From positions 31,312,001-31,376,000 of the forward strand of contig CM059433.1 in NCBI GenBank assembly GCA_030390025.1: DNA of 64,000 bases, given 5' to 3'. A program made the translations under genes and the position numbers. This DNA is from Squalus acanthias. Taxonomy: Eukaryota. The notes under the pieces are model-generated. The model saw nothing but the letters and a program-made list of their open reading frames with translations. It ran no database searches and had not been told where the DNA came from. Positions 51,570-63,842 of this stretch are shown in pieces (position 1 is the first letter of the stretch; every line of letters starts with the position of its first letter).

Positions 51570-52240
51570 TGCCTCACTTGGAATAGTGTGTCCAGTTTTT
51601 GTCTCCTCACATGGTGGGTGATATTGAGCCTTTGGAAAGGGTGCAGAGGAGGGCCACTAGACTAATTCCCAGTATAAAGCATCTTAGTTATCAAGATAGG
51701 CTGAAAGAGTTGGGACTCTACACTTTAAATGAAGGGAATAGATTGTGTTCGAGTTGACAGTTTGTTCTAATTAAATAGGTTAGGCAGGACCAGGGGTCAC
51801 AAATTTAAGCTGCCAGATCTAGGTTCGATGTCAGGAGGTGGTTCTTTTCCCAGAGAATAGTGGACCTCTGGAACAGGCTGCCGTCTCATGTGGTGGACGC
51901 GGACTTGCTGAATTCTTTCAAGTGAGAGCTGAATTTGTTTCTGCCTAAATCAGAGATCACCTCTTACAGAAGGTAGGTACTGCAGGGAATTCAGGGTCAG
52001 AGTGATCTCCTGGACTAGTTTTGATCACCTGGATGGGTCAGAGAGGAATTTCCCAGACTTTTTTTCCCAAATTGGCCTGGGTTTTTGACCTGGTTTTTCG
52101 CCTCTCACAGGAGATCACGTGGTTTCGGGTGGGGCAGCATGTGTATACTATGATACACAAGGTATTGCAATTGTGTGGGACAGGCTGGATGGACCAGAGG
52201 GTCTTTCCCTGTCCGTCATTGTTTATATGTTCATATGTTG
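51570..52240 (+). mobile_element. CR1 LINE (second subfamily) 3' fragment
   Basis: PHLE*CVQF..LERVQRRATRLIP motif, and a long 3' UTR shared with 19497-19835. Confidence 0.85.
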
Positions 52241-53044
52241 TGCGCTCCAGTCCTAGACTGTGGTATTGACTCACAATCTTCTGACTCAGAGGTGAGAGTG
52301 CTACCAACTGAGCCAGGGTGACATGGCGATCAGCAGTGTGACATAACCATCATTAAATTCAATCTTGTTTAACATTATTGTATTTGTGCTTTGGTACCAT
52401 TTAATACTTTCTGTACACATGATCCTAGTACATTCACATTTCCTCATTATAAGCACAAACCTCAGATCTTGACCTCAATCTCAAGAAGACAGAACTTCTA
52501 CTACACCTTTTCACACTGCCATTTTCAGATGTTTAACACTAGTACCTCATAGCTATTATAAAAACAAGGAATAGCTGTGCTGTAAACATACAATCAAAAT
52601 GCCTGTCACACACCTCACCTCCCCGTCAATTTAAAGGCATAATTCCAGAGACCAGCTAGATCATTACAATATCTCTATCACTAACAGGCTTACCAAACAA
52701 AGAAGCTGCACGTACATGGAGATTCAACACGGAATGAGAGGAAATGAATAATACCCTGAGCTTTTTCCTTGGCTGCTGGCATTCCCATGGGAATTGGGGA
52801 CAATTCAAATTCTCTCTTTCTCTCCAGAGGATGCCCACAAGGCAAAAGCTTGGGGACTTATCCACTTTCTCAAGCTATTTTTCAGTTTCTTATAAATATA
52901 GTTATACTAAAAACACACACTGGGTTGAAATCATGCTGTGTGATATTTGTAAGAAACAGGTTACTATGTTTATAGGAAATTCCTCTACCTGCTATTGCAA
53001 ATAAGGTGTTAACACATATATTTTTTAATTAATTTGCAGGATGT

Positions 53045-53342
53045 CAGCATTGCTGGCAAGGCAGGTATTTTTTGCTTATCCCTAGGATAGAATCGAAGGG
53101 TTTGCTCGGCATCTTCAGAGGGCAGTTAAGAGTCAACCACATTGGTGTGGGACTGGAGTCACATATAGGCCAGAATGGGTAAGGATGACAGGTTTCCTTC
53201 CCTAAAGGAGGCGAGTGAACCAGGAGGGTTTTTACGACAGCTTCATGGGTCATTTGTACTGATACCAGCTATTTATTTATTTCTAGACTGCTAGTCCAGG
53301 CCTCTGGGTTACTAGTCCAGGAATATAACCAGTACATTACTG
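53045..53342 (-). mobile_element. Short element made of the 5' head and 3' tail of LINE family C
   Basis: Reverse complement matches 34385-34650 followed by a degenerate family C tail. Confidence 0.72.
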
Positions 53343-53529
53343 AAGGTTAATAAATTTGTATTAACGTAATGCCTTTCATATCCTTAGGACATCTCAATCG
53401 CTTCAATCAAGCCTTTGATCACCCCTCCTAACCTTACCCATCCTGGCTTGGTGTTTGTTTTCTTATGCTGGTCTGTACAGCACTTTGGGACATTCTTTAT
53501 ATTAAAGGCACTATATATAAAGGCCAGAT

Positions 53530-54305
53530 ACACTCAGCAGGCCAGGCAACATCTCATACCTTGCACACACTGCCAGCTATTCAAACATAACAGGCACCTC
53601 ACCCAAACACATTGCACCACACTCACTGACACACTTCCCTCTCTCTTGCAGGGCAAGGTGGCACATAACAGGGGACAGCAGCAGCTAACAGGCGGGGGAC
53701 AGGCAAGTCTGCATGTCCTGACCCAGCTGGAGGAGATGGTGCTTGACATTATTGAAGGGGCTGTCACTGAAGCCATGGCGATCGGCGAGGCTGAAACCAT
53801 TGAAGATGACGGTATGCTCATACCTAATCCTCCTTCTTACATCCCACTTCCCCCTCATCCCACAATCTCTTCTCACTTACAAGCTGCTGATGGTGTAAGC
53901 ATGCACATCTTGCTTTCTCCCGCTCCCCTCAGCACAACCCTACCCCTGTGTCTTTCTCCTTTCAGATACCCCAAAATTCTAAGCTTCCCAGACAGTGCAA
54001 TAAGAACAAGAGGAGAGTGATGGAGAAGATGAGGCACCGTCACTCGATCCGATACTCGCAGGCACCAGCTCAGAAACTGGCACTGCACGTACTTTAGAGG
54101 GTAGCATAGAGGCGGGATCTGCACATGATGAGCCAGGGCAGGGGGAAATGGTAGCGCAGGGGCCAGCTCCCCGGAGGGCGAGGTCGCACACGAGTTCGCT
54201 GCAGAGGACTCAGATGAAGACTTCGATGGGGCGGCCTTCAGAAGAAGGGTGATGGGCATGCACACAGAAATGTTGGGTGCATTGGCAAGCCTGCCAGAAA
54301 GCCTG
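53530..54305 (+). pseudogene. Fragment of a second Harbinger Myb/SANT gene (exon 2 at 53652-53811 and start of exon 3)
   Basis: TCTCTTGCAG|GKVAHNRGQQQLTGGGQASLHVLTQLEE..EDD G|GTATG, then acceptor CTCCTTTCAG and an acidic linker. Confidence 0.78.
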
Positions 54306-55184
54306 TGGGACCTTGCTGTGTACAAAATTTGTTGCTGCGTTTCCTACATTACAACAGTTCAAAAAGTACTTCATCCACTGTAAAGTGCTTTGGGATGTTC
54401 TGAGGTCATGAAAGGTGCTCTTATTTTTCAGCTAACGCTGCGTGATGTTACCTAACGTCCCTTGCCAATTCTCCCAAGTTATGAACAGCAAACGCGTAGT
54501 TTATACAGCAATGTGCAGATGCAGTTCAGAAAACGTATTTGTTCATTTTAAACAGGCACATTACTTGGCCTGGGTTCAGAGCAGTGGAGCTTCTGACAGC
54601 TTTAGTACAGAGCATCGCTCATCATTCGTCAGACTACTGATTGTTTTTTGAAGTTATGAATTTGATGAATCTGCAGATGAACAAAAAGGTCGATGTGACT
54701 TTAGAATAGAGACAAAGTAAGCATGTCTGCAAGAAAGGAATCACTGGCTGAAAAATGAGACCTCTGCCCAAAATGGCCGCCAAGTCAGCAGAGTGGCCAT
54801 TCTGCCCGCACCAGCGCGAGGCCCGAATGAAACCTGGGTTCAGGCTGCGTTTAAATGCCACTGGCGAGTTGTGGGCACCAAATGGGCGACCCGCTGCAGC
54901 TAGTCGGTTGTGGGATGGCGGGAAATCAGTCGACTCCCATGCTGAACCGGCTGGTAGGTCGGGCCTGGGGTTAGTGGGCTTGGGGGGGGGGGGGGCGGGG
55001 AGCGTGGTTAAGTGAACCCTAGGGTGGGGGGTCTTGAAAGTTCTGGCACTAAGCCAGAGTGTTTTTGTGAGCCCAGGAGTAACACGCCTGTTTTTTTGGA
55101 GCGGCCTCCAGCTGTCCTTTTAAGGATCACTGGCTAGGCTCCTCGATGCCTGGTGCACCTAGGGGGAGCATGCACGGTGCATGG

Positions 55185-55550
55185 AGGAGGTTACAGAGAT
55201 AGGGAAGGGGCAAGGCAATTGAAAACAAGCAAGAAAATTTTAAATTCGAGGCATTGCCAGACCCTGAACCAAAGTTGGTCAGTAAGCACAGGGATGATGG
55301 GTGAATGGGACTTCGTGTGAGTTAGGAAACGGGCAGCAGAGTTTAGGATGCGCTCAAGTTTACGGAGGGTGGAAAATGGGAGGCCGCCCAGGAGATCATT
55401 GGAATAGTCAAGGTAACAAAGGCATGGATGAGGGTATCAGCAGCAGATTAGCTGAGGCAAGGGCGGAGACAGGTGGTGACTTGGTGCTGGAGAGGATATG
55501 GGTTCGGAAGCTCAGGTAAGAGTCAAATAGGATGGCAAGGTTGCAAACAG
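55185..55550 (-). mobile_element. L2-type LINE fragment
   Basis: Same family as 651-1040. Confidence 0.7.
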
Positions 55551-57004
55551 TCAACAACAAACAGATAAGCACATCTGTGCCACACAACTACTTCTTCAAA
55601 GTGGTATTTGACCAACACCTGTTAAAAATGAGCTGGATTGTGCTGAGTTAACCGATCATCCAGGGCAGCAGTAGAAGCACTCCAATGGGCCTCAGCCGAC
55701 CGGAGCTAAGGAGAAAAAATGTAACCCTGGGCTCTTTTTGGAAGTGTGCTCGTCAGGTGATGTCCGGATCGAGCTCAGCTGTGATGTCCCCTGCAGTGCA
55801 TCACCTGTCAGCATTCACCTTCGACAATCATGCATGAATAATGGCCAGCGAGGCAGTTAACAGACTTTGGCCTAGAAATTCGTCTCGGGCGGTGGCGCAC
55901 AATGGACGGTATCGGATCAGCCGCCCGTTATACGCTGCGCCTGATACTCAGTTCCTGTGACTCATTGCAAGAGGCGATACATACTGGAGTGTCGGGAGGG
56001 GAGAAAAATTGAAGTGAATACTTGAAGAAAAAAAATACAGCCCAATGGCATGGGATTGAGGATTTAAGGGTAAGTACAGATGCTGATGACTGGATATCGG
56101 GTGAAACATGATGATTCCTGAGCTGCTGGCCCCTTGGAATTATAATGGCATGAAAGTATCCAGTGTGGCATGAATAATGTAAGGTCTAAGGCTAGATAAA
56201 TATTAGACATTTTGCCTGATTTACCTTTAGGGAGACAGGGTCTATGAAACCTTTCCTCAAAGCACTAAGTAGGTAGAGCTCAGATGGAGTGAATTGTATA
56301 TGGTTTGTGGAAGGAACCAGTTTGATAGGATGAAAGCTGGCCCATGTTATCTGTCAACTCTTATGAATGAGTGGGTTCTATTTAAAACTCCTATTACCTG
56401 AAAACTGCCTTTCTATAAGCTTTTCCAAGGAAAATTAATTGCACCAGTCGCACTCTAGTTAGCGTGCTCTAGATAAATTCTTATAGGTTACCCCTTCAAC
56501 ATTAGACAATCAAGCCCACCCAAGACTAGTAATGAGAGATAAAAATATGACATTTGTAAGCAATTCTTTATAAACACAGAGCTTGGTGAAGCATTTCTTC
56601 TCACCTCTGGTCAGAGTCAATAAGATGATGAAATTCCCATAAAGATTAAAAAATGGAAGAAGTGAACATTTTTTTCTTTTTAATAATTGGCCCACTAACA
56701 TAAATCGCATGCCGGGAAATCGGACTTTCAAAAGGCACACGTTCCTGCAATTTCATTAGCTGGTCACTAATTATGGAGAAAAATAGATGAGGGAATAAGG
56801 GGATATGGGGATCGGGCGGGAAAGTGGAGTTGAGTTCGGTGATCAGCTATGATCTTATTGAATGGCGGAGCAGACTCGAGGGGCCGTATGGCCTGCTCCT
56901 GCTCCTATTTCTTATGTTCTTATGTTCTCCAGTTTTCTTTAAAAGAGGAATTTCACCCTCCGTCTCCAGCTCCCTCAGTCCGTAGATATTTTATACACCC
57001 TGCA

Positions 57005-57620
57005 TTTACAACAACTTGTATTTATATAGTGCCTTTAACATAGTAAAACATCCCAAGGGGCTTCACAAGAGTGATTATCAAACAAAATTTCACACCAAGC
57101 CACATGAGGAGATATTAGGACAAGTGACAAAAAGCTTGTTCAAAGAGGTAAGTTTTAAGGGGCGTCTTAAACGAGGAGAGAGAGGTAGAGCGGTTTAGGG
57201 AGGGAATTCCAGAGCTTAATGCCTAATCAGCTGAAGGCACGGCCGCCAATGGTGGCGCGTTAAAAATCGGGGATGCACAAGAGGCCAGAATTGGAGGAGC
57301 GCAGAGATCTCGGAGGGTCGTCGGGCTGGAGGAGGTTACAGATATATGGTAAGGCGAGGCCATGGAAGGATTAGAAAACAAGGAAGTGAATTTTAAAATT
57401 CAAGGCATTGCCAGACTGGGAGACAATGTAGTTCAGCGAGCACAGGGGTAATGAGTGAACAGGACTTGGTGCAAGTTAGGATACAAGCAGCCGAGTTTTG
57501 ATGAGTTCAGATTTACAGAGGATGCAAGGTCAGAGGCCGGGCAGGAGAGCATTGGAATAGTTGGGTCTGGAGGTAAGAAAAGCATGGCTGAGGGTTGCAG
57601 CAGCAGATGAGCTGAGGTAG
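57005..57620 (-). mobile_element. L2-type LINE 3' end
   Basis: Minus-strand tail AAGGCACTATATAAATACAAGTTGTTG, shared with the SacSINE1-like tails. Confidence 0.8.
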
Positions 57621-59503
57621 GATAAGCTGGGAGCTAAAGGATAGCTGCACAGTATATTTAAAATGACACTAACTTCATTGATCCAGCATTTCTGTTGCTC
57701 AGTGCTATGCTGAAAAGTTAACAATGTAATTTACCTCACTTTGTATACTCTTAATTGACAGGACCCTTAATAGTGAACCCATCAAACAGATCCATTTTAG
57801 ACTTGCAACACTAGCAGGAAACACTCCAGCTACCACAAAGCTCCATTGTTCTTTCCACTCAGGACGCTTTAAACTAATTTTGTTTCCTGTCATCATGTCA
57901 CACATTACTGGAAGAAACAAACAATTGCATCCCTCTATGACTCAATCTTAATTTGGTTGAAGCAGCATGTAGGTGAATGCTGTGGAATTTGCCATCACAA
58001 CTCCTTATGGGCGGTTGCTTTCATCCAGCCACTGAAATCAAATGCCTTCATTTGACAAAGAGATAATTATGTTTTTTTATGACTTTGATTGACTAACCAA
58101 ACAGCAGAGTATTTCCATGAACATGTCAAGTGCAACGTTCTTGTGAAGCTTCGTGGCCGTGCTCCGGAGGTCCTGCGCAGGCCGCTCACTGGCATTTCAA
58201 TGCAAGAAACCACGCATGCACAAAAATATGAATGGGCCGCACAGCGCGTTAAAGGGACTGTGCACCAAAAAAGAATTACAGGGAACATTGGTCAAGTGTA
58301 TAATCACTGGAAGGTACGGGATAGCTGCACCATATAGTTAAAGCAATCCCAACTTCGTTGCTCCAGTCTTTCTGTTGCTCGGTGCTATGCTGCAAAACTA
58401 ACAATGTAATTCTATTCCACCTTCAAATGGGAAATAAATGTCTGGCAAAAAGTTATAATGCACAGTAAATGGTTGCAGTTTACCCTGTAGACAACCTTGA
58501 ATGAACAACAGGTCACCAAAAACATTTGAATACAATTATACCAAGTGGCTAGATATAGGCTTAAGTGTAACTAGATTATGTGTCACAGGAGATATTATGC
58601 TGACTTTTGCTGAGTAAAATTACCCTTTCTTGAATAACAACCATTATTTTATACTTCATGCTAAATGAAAATAATAAATATAGTGGTAGCTATATTGAAA
58701 GCAGCAACAAGAAGAAACTTGCTGTGGGGAAAGAGCAGGGGAGCACAGTCTGGCTTTTAATTTAGTAAGCATATCACTGGAAATTGGGAAGCAATTAAAT
58801 CTCAGATTACCTTCCTCCACCACCACCACCCCCACTCCCATTATTGGTGGTTTATCAAACAGGCGTAGGTTCTGGATGGTAGAGGACAAGGTTCAGTTGA
58901 AGCCGCCGAGAAAGTAGTCCTATTAAAAGCTGCAATTGTACTACCCCGCATTCATTATTCACCATCTCCATGTATCCCCAAAGCTGCACGCAGATAGCTG
59001 AATAAGAACCATTAGTTTGAGATTTCACTTCAGCTCGTCTCAATGCCAGAACTAAGGCGTGCCGCGTGATTTCTGACACCTTTAGAAAATCAGGTTCCGC
59101 AGGGAACTGAGGATGTAATAAAGCCAATCAATTGGTGTGTGGAGAAAGGAGGCAAACTATTGTGAACACTGTTATCTCTACACCATATGCTCCAGCATAA
59201 TCTATCAATGTAAATAAACTGCTGCAGGGTGTGTAATGCCCTAAAGGGAATAACTGAAAATATATCGACCCTTCTTATTGCTTACAATACGATTTTGTGC
59301 CTATGAAAAAACACATTTCAAAATTAGGATGGGAGGAAGATATTTTCTCATATTCTCCTTGCTCTTGTCCGCTAAGGGCATCGTCTCCTTGCTGAGCTTT
59401 TGGGCTCCACAACTACCTGTTGGTACCTAGCCCAAATCGTCCCACGTGTGAGCATCGATAGGCAATTCAACCACAGGACGGCATTGTGGCCAGGCTTAAT
59501 CGT

Positions 59504-59701
59504 AAAAGTGAGAAGTCGCACAACACCAGGTTATAGTCCAACAGTTTTATTTGAAATCACCAGCTTTCGGATCGCTATTCTACAAGAAGGAGCAGCGCTC
59601 CGAAAGCTTGTGATTTCAAATAAAACTGTTGGACTATAACCTGGTGTTGTGCGCCTTCTCACTTTTGTCCACCCCAGTCCAACACCGGCATCTCCGCATC
59701 A
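59504..59701. mobile_element. Short hairpin-shaped Penelope family B insertion
   Basis: 68-bp inverted arms and TSD AGGCTTAATC(G/A)T. Sequence matches the 63890-64000 end. Confidence 0.88.
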
Positions 59702-60894
59702 AGGCTTAATCATGTCCTCACCTAACAACCACTTCTGTCAGGGAGGGCTTATTGGATCGTGATCTTGAGTGGGAATCTCAGCAGATTTTCCTCTCTCTAA
59801 TCCAGGGTGCTTAGGTCAATTCTACTGCCTCTTCACTGCATCAGCTGAAGTAGCACAGTTTGAGGATTGAACTGGCAATCTACGTGGTCTGTATGGATAC
59901 TCATTATCTGAGCCATCAGCAGCGCCAAGAAACAAACCTACTACTAAAGTGAAAGTGCTACAATAGTCCTTTCCTGTTGATCCACTTTATATGTTTTCAT
60001 TGACCTAGTTTTGGGTGTTTTGCTTCTGCTGTTAAAATAGCTACTGAGGCAACCGCATGCAATCAAAAATTCATTCTATTTTGGCTGTTCTTCAAGGCAA
60101 AGTTATTTAAAATGGAAATTCGAGCACCTTTGTTGGCTCAGTCAATAAAACACTGTTAATTAATTCATCCTTCAACATCGCTGGATCAAAATCCTGGAAC
60201 TCCCTACCTAACAGCACTGTGGGAGTACATTTAGCACATGGACTACAGCGCTTCAAGAAGAAAGCTCACCACCACCTTCTCAAGGGCAACTAGGGATGGG
60301 CAATAAATGCCGGCCGAGCCAGCGACGTCCTGAACTTTATATTAACATAATGCAATCGCTTTAGCTGATTGTCATGTAAAACAATGTTGTGAGTTGGGTC
60401 AATATCATTGCTAGATCGAATCCACAGACATATGAAGATATTTAGCAGTCCCTACAAAACACACACAGAAATCAGCAACCTCTGATAAAACCCAACACAC
60501 TCATTAGCAATTAGAAGAAGAGGGAATACAAAAACATAAGCATACAAGAAGGCAGAGGTGAGAAAAAGCCATTCCATTCACACTAAACATACAGATTTAT
60601 ATTTAAGTCATGTACAGACAACTTTAATCGTTTAAACATAATTACAGGTATATGGCAATTAATGCAAATTAGCCAGCAGAATTGGAAATGAATAGAAGTA
60701 GCAAAATGGACACGACACTAGGGCTAGATTTTCAACTTGCCGCCCTGACAAAAAACTGGCATTGCAGATCGGGCACCTGTTATAGAAACCGCCCAGATAT
60801 AAAAATCCAAATCCCTCCATGGCCTCGCCCCTCCCTACCTCTGTAAGCTCCTCCAGCCCTACAACCCACCGAGGTCCCTGACCTCCTCCAATCC

Positions 60895-61672
60895 TGAGAA
60901 GTCGCACAACACCAGGTTATAGTCCTACAGTTTTATTTAAAATTACGAGCTTTCGGAGCTCCGCTCCTTCTTCAGGTACAGGTACAGTGAGGGAATACAA
61001 ATCGATTACACCGTATATATACACAGAGAACAATGTGTCTGCAGAGATACAATCTGTTAGGGAGGCATTACATCAAAGACACATCAGAGTACAGCTAAGA
61101 CAATGAGGTGCGTCACAGGGGGTCCAACGTGTCAAATGCTGCCGCCTGCAGTTAAGCTTTTTACTTTTTTTTTAAAACTGGAAAAACAGACAACGATGTC
61201 GAGTCACGTTCTGTAGCGTGACATGAACCCGAGATCCCTGTTGAGTCCGTCCTCATGGGTGCGGAACTTGGCTATCAGTTTCTGCTCGATGATTTTGCGT
61301 TGTCGTGTGTCTCGAAGGCCGCCTTGGAGAACGCTAACCCGCAGATCCGAGGCTGAATGTCCTTGACTGCTGAAGTGTTCCCCGACTGGGAGGTAACAAT
61401 CCTGCCTGGTGATTGTTGCGCGGTGTCCGTTCATATGTTGTCTCAGTGTCTGCATGGTCTCGCCGATGTACCATGCTCCGGTGCATCCTTTCCTGCAACG
61501 TATGAGGTAGACAACGTTGGCCGAGTCACATGAGTATGTACCATGTACCTGGTGGGAAATGTCTTCACGTGTGATGATGGTATCTGTGTTGATGATCTGG
61601 CATGTCTTGCAGAGGTTGCCGTGGCAGGGTTGTGTGGTGTCGTGGTCGCTGTTCTCCTGACAGCTGGGTAAT
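60895..61672 (-). mobile_element. Penelope family B (Neptune-like), inverted 3' part: GIY-YIG, 3' UTR, pLTR
   Basis: ORF 61204-61455 is nearly identical to the end of ORF 61859-62467. Confidence 0.92.
60944..60978 (-). ncRNA. Minimal type I hammerhead ribozyme motif
   Basis: Minus strand reads TAC-CTGAAGA-A-GGAGC GGA GCTCC-GAAA-GCTC-GTA. Confidence 0.75.
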
Positions 61673-62660
61673 TCACAGGATCAACGCGATGGACACCTAC
61701 GGACGCTGAAAGACGCCCTCGTAAGAACGGGATATGACACTTGACTCGTCGATCGACAGTTCCGACGGGCCACAGCGAAAAATAGCATAGACCTCCTCAG
61801 AAGGCGAACACGGGACACAACCAACAGAGTACCCTACGTCGTCCAGTACTTCCCCGGAGTGGAGAAACTACGCCATGTTCTTCGCAGCCTTCAACATGTC
61901 ATCGATGACGATGAACACCTTGCTAAGGCCATCCCCACGCCTCCACTACTCGCCTTCAAGCAGCCGCCTAACCTCAAAAGTACCATCGCTCACAGTAAAT
62001 TACCCAGCTGTCAGGAGAACAGCGACCACGACACCACACAACCCTGCCACGGCAACCTCTGCAAGACATGCCAGATCATCAACACAGATACCATCATCAC
62101 ACGTGAGGACACTACCCACCAGGTACATGGTACATACTCATGTGACTCGGCCAACGTTGTCTACCTCATACGTTGCAGGAAAGAATGCACCGCGGCATGG
62201 TACATCGGTGAGACCATGCAGACACTGAGAAAACGTATGAACGGACACCGCGCAACAATCGCCAGGCAGGATTGTTACCTCCCAGTCGGGGAACACTTCA
62301 GCAGTCAAGGACATTCAGCCTCGGATCTGTGGGTTAGCGTTCTCCAAGGCGGCCTTCGAGACACACGACAACGCAAAATCATTGAGCAGAAACTGATAGC
62401 CAAGTTCCGCACCCATGAGGACGGCCTCAATAGGGATCTCGGGTTCATGTCACGCTACAGGACGTGACTCAACATCGTTGTCTGTTTTTCCAGGTTTTAA
62501 AAAAAAGTAAAACGCTTAACTGTAGACGGCAGCATTTGACACGTTGGACCCCCTGTGAACCACCTCATTGTCTTAGCTGTACTCTGATGTGTCTTTGATG
62601 TAATGCCTCCCTAACAGATTGTATCTCTGCAGACACATTGTTCTCTGTGTATATATACGG
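61673..62660 (+). mobile_element. Penelope family B C-terminal ORF (Cys-rich linker and GIY-YIG endonuclease) and 3' UTR
   Basis: PCHGNLCKTC linker, VVYLIRC..WYIGET..RMNGHR..VGEHF..GLN; stop at 62467. Confidence 0.93.
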
Positions 62661-63842
62661 TCTTCTTGGCCTGTGCTCAGGGCACAGCAGACCAGCTACG
62701 AGACACCGCCAAACAGACGAGGCAACGGAACTACGCTTCCTACATGCGCATCAAGAACAGGAAGCTTGAGAAACTCGGCATCACCACCAGCTACAACCAA
62801 GCCTCCCCCGGTACCACGGTTGCAACCACAGGGAAGTCCATCGTCAACCTGTCGGACCACACCCTTCAACCAGACGAAATCGAAGTTCTCGCCCTGGGGC
62901 TCAAGTTCTGCCCCACCACCAAAATGGACCCCATCGGTCTCGCGGCAGACACAGAGGAATTCATCAGGAGAATGAGGATCCGGGAATACTACCACAAATC
63001 CCAAGATGTCAGCAACAAACCCAATGAGACAATCAATCATCCGGAACAGCAGACAGAGGGAACCGCAGTGCTGCAACCAAGGAAGAAAGAGTCAAATTGG
63101 ACCCCTCCGGAGGGTCGCTGCCCTAAGCTTGACATGTATGCTCAAGCTGTCAGGAAATGCATCAACGCCAGATTCATCAGCCGCACTCACAAGACAGTGC
63201 AGAATGTCACCCGAGCACAACGCAATGCCATCCACGCTCTCAAGACCAACCGCAACATCATCATCAAACCAGCGGACAAAGGAGGAGCCATCGTCATACA
63301 GAACAGAATGGACTATTGCAAATAAGCATACCGACAACTGGACAACCTGGAACACTACAGACAGCTACCCGCAGATCCGACCAAAGAACACACCCGCCAA
63401 CTCAATAGACTGATCAAGACCTTCGATCCAGACCTTCAAAACACCCTACACGCTCTCATCCCACGTACTCCCCGCGTAGGAGACTTTTACTGCCTCCCAA
63501 AGATACACAAAGCCAACACACCCGGATGTCCTATCGTATCAGGCAACGGAACCCTATGTGAGAACCTCTCTGGGTACATCGAGGGCATCCTGAAACCCAT
63601 CGTACAGGGAACCCCCAGCTTCTGTCGCGACACTACAGACTTCTTGCAGAAACTCAGCATAGTGTGTCTTTGATGTAGGGAAAGATTTAATCTATGCATT
63701 TTCTCTGTGTTTTTATATTCTGTGAATTCTGATAGATTCTCTCACAGTAACTTTGCCTGACGAAGGGGCGACAGCTCCGAAAGCTTGTAATTTTAAATAA
63801 ATCTGTTGGACTATAACCTGGTGTTGTGCAACTTCTCATTTT
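62661..63842 (+). mobile_element. Nested, internally deleted Penelope copy (N-terminal/RT start joined to 3' end)
   Basis: IVNLS..LALGLKFCPT..IIIKPADKGGAIVI, a stop at 63325, then FYCLPKIHK..PIVS. Flanked by TATATATAC(G/T)G. Confidence 0.85.
63753..63790 (+). ncRNA. Minimal type I hammerhead ribozyme motif
   Basis: TTGC-CTGACGA-A-GGGGC GACA GCTCC-GAAA-GCTT-GTAA. Confidence 0.75.
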
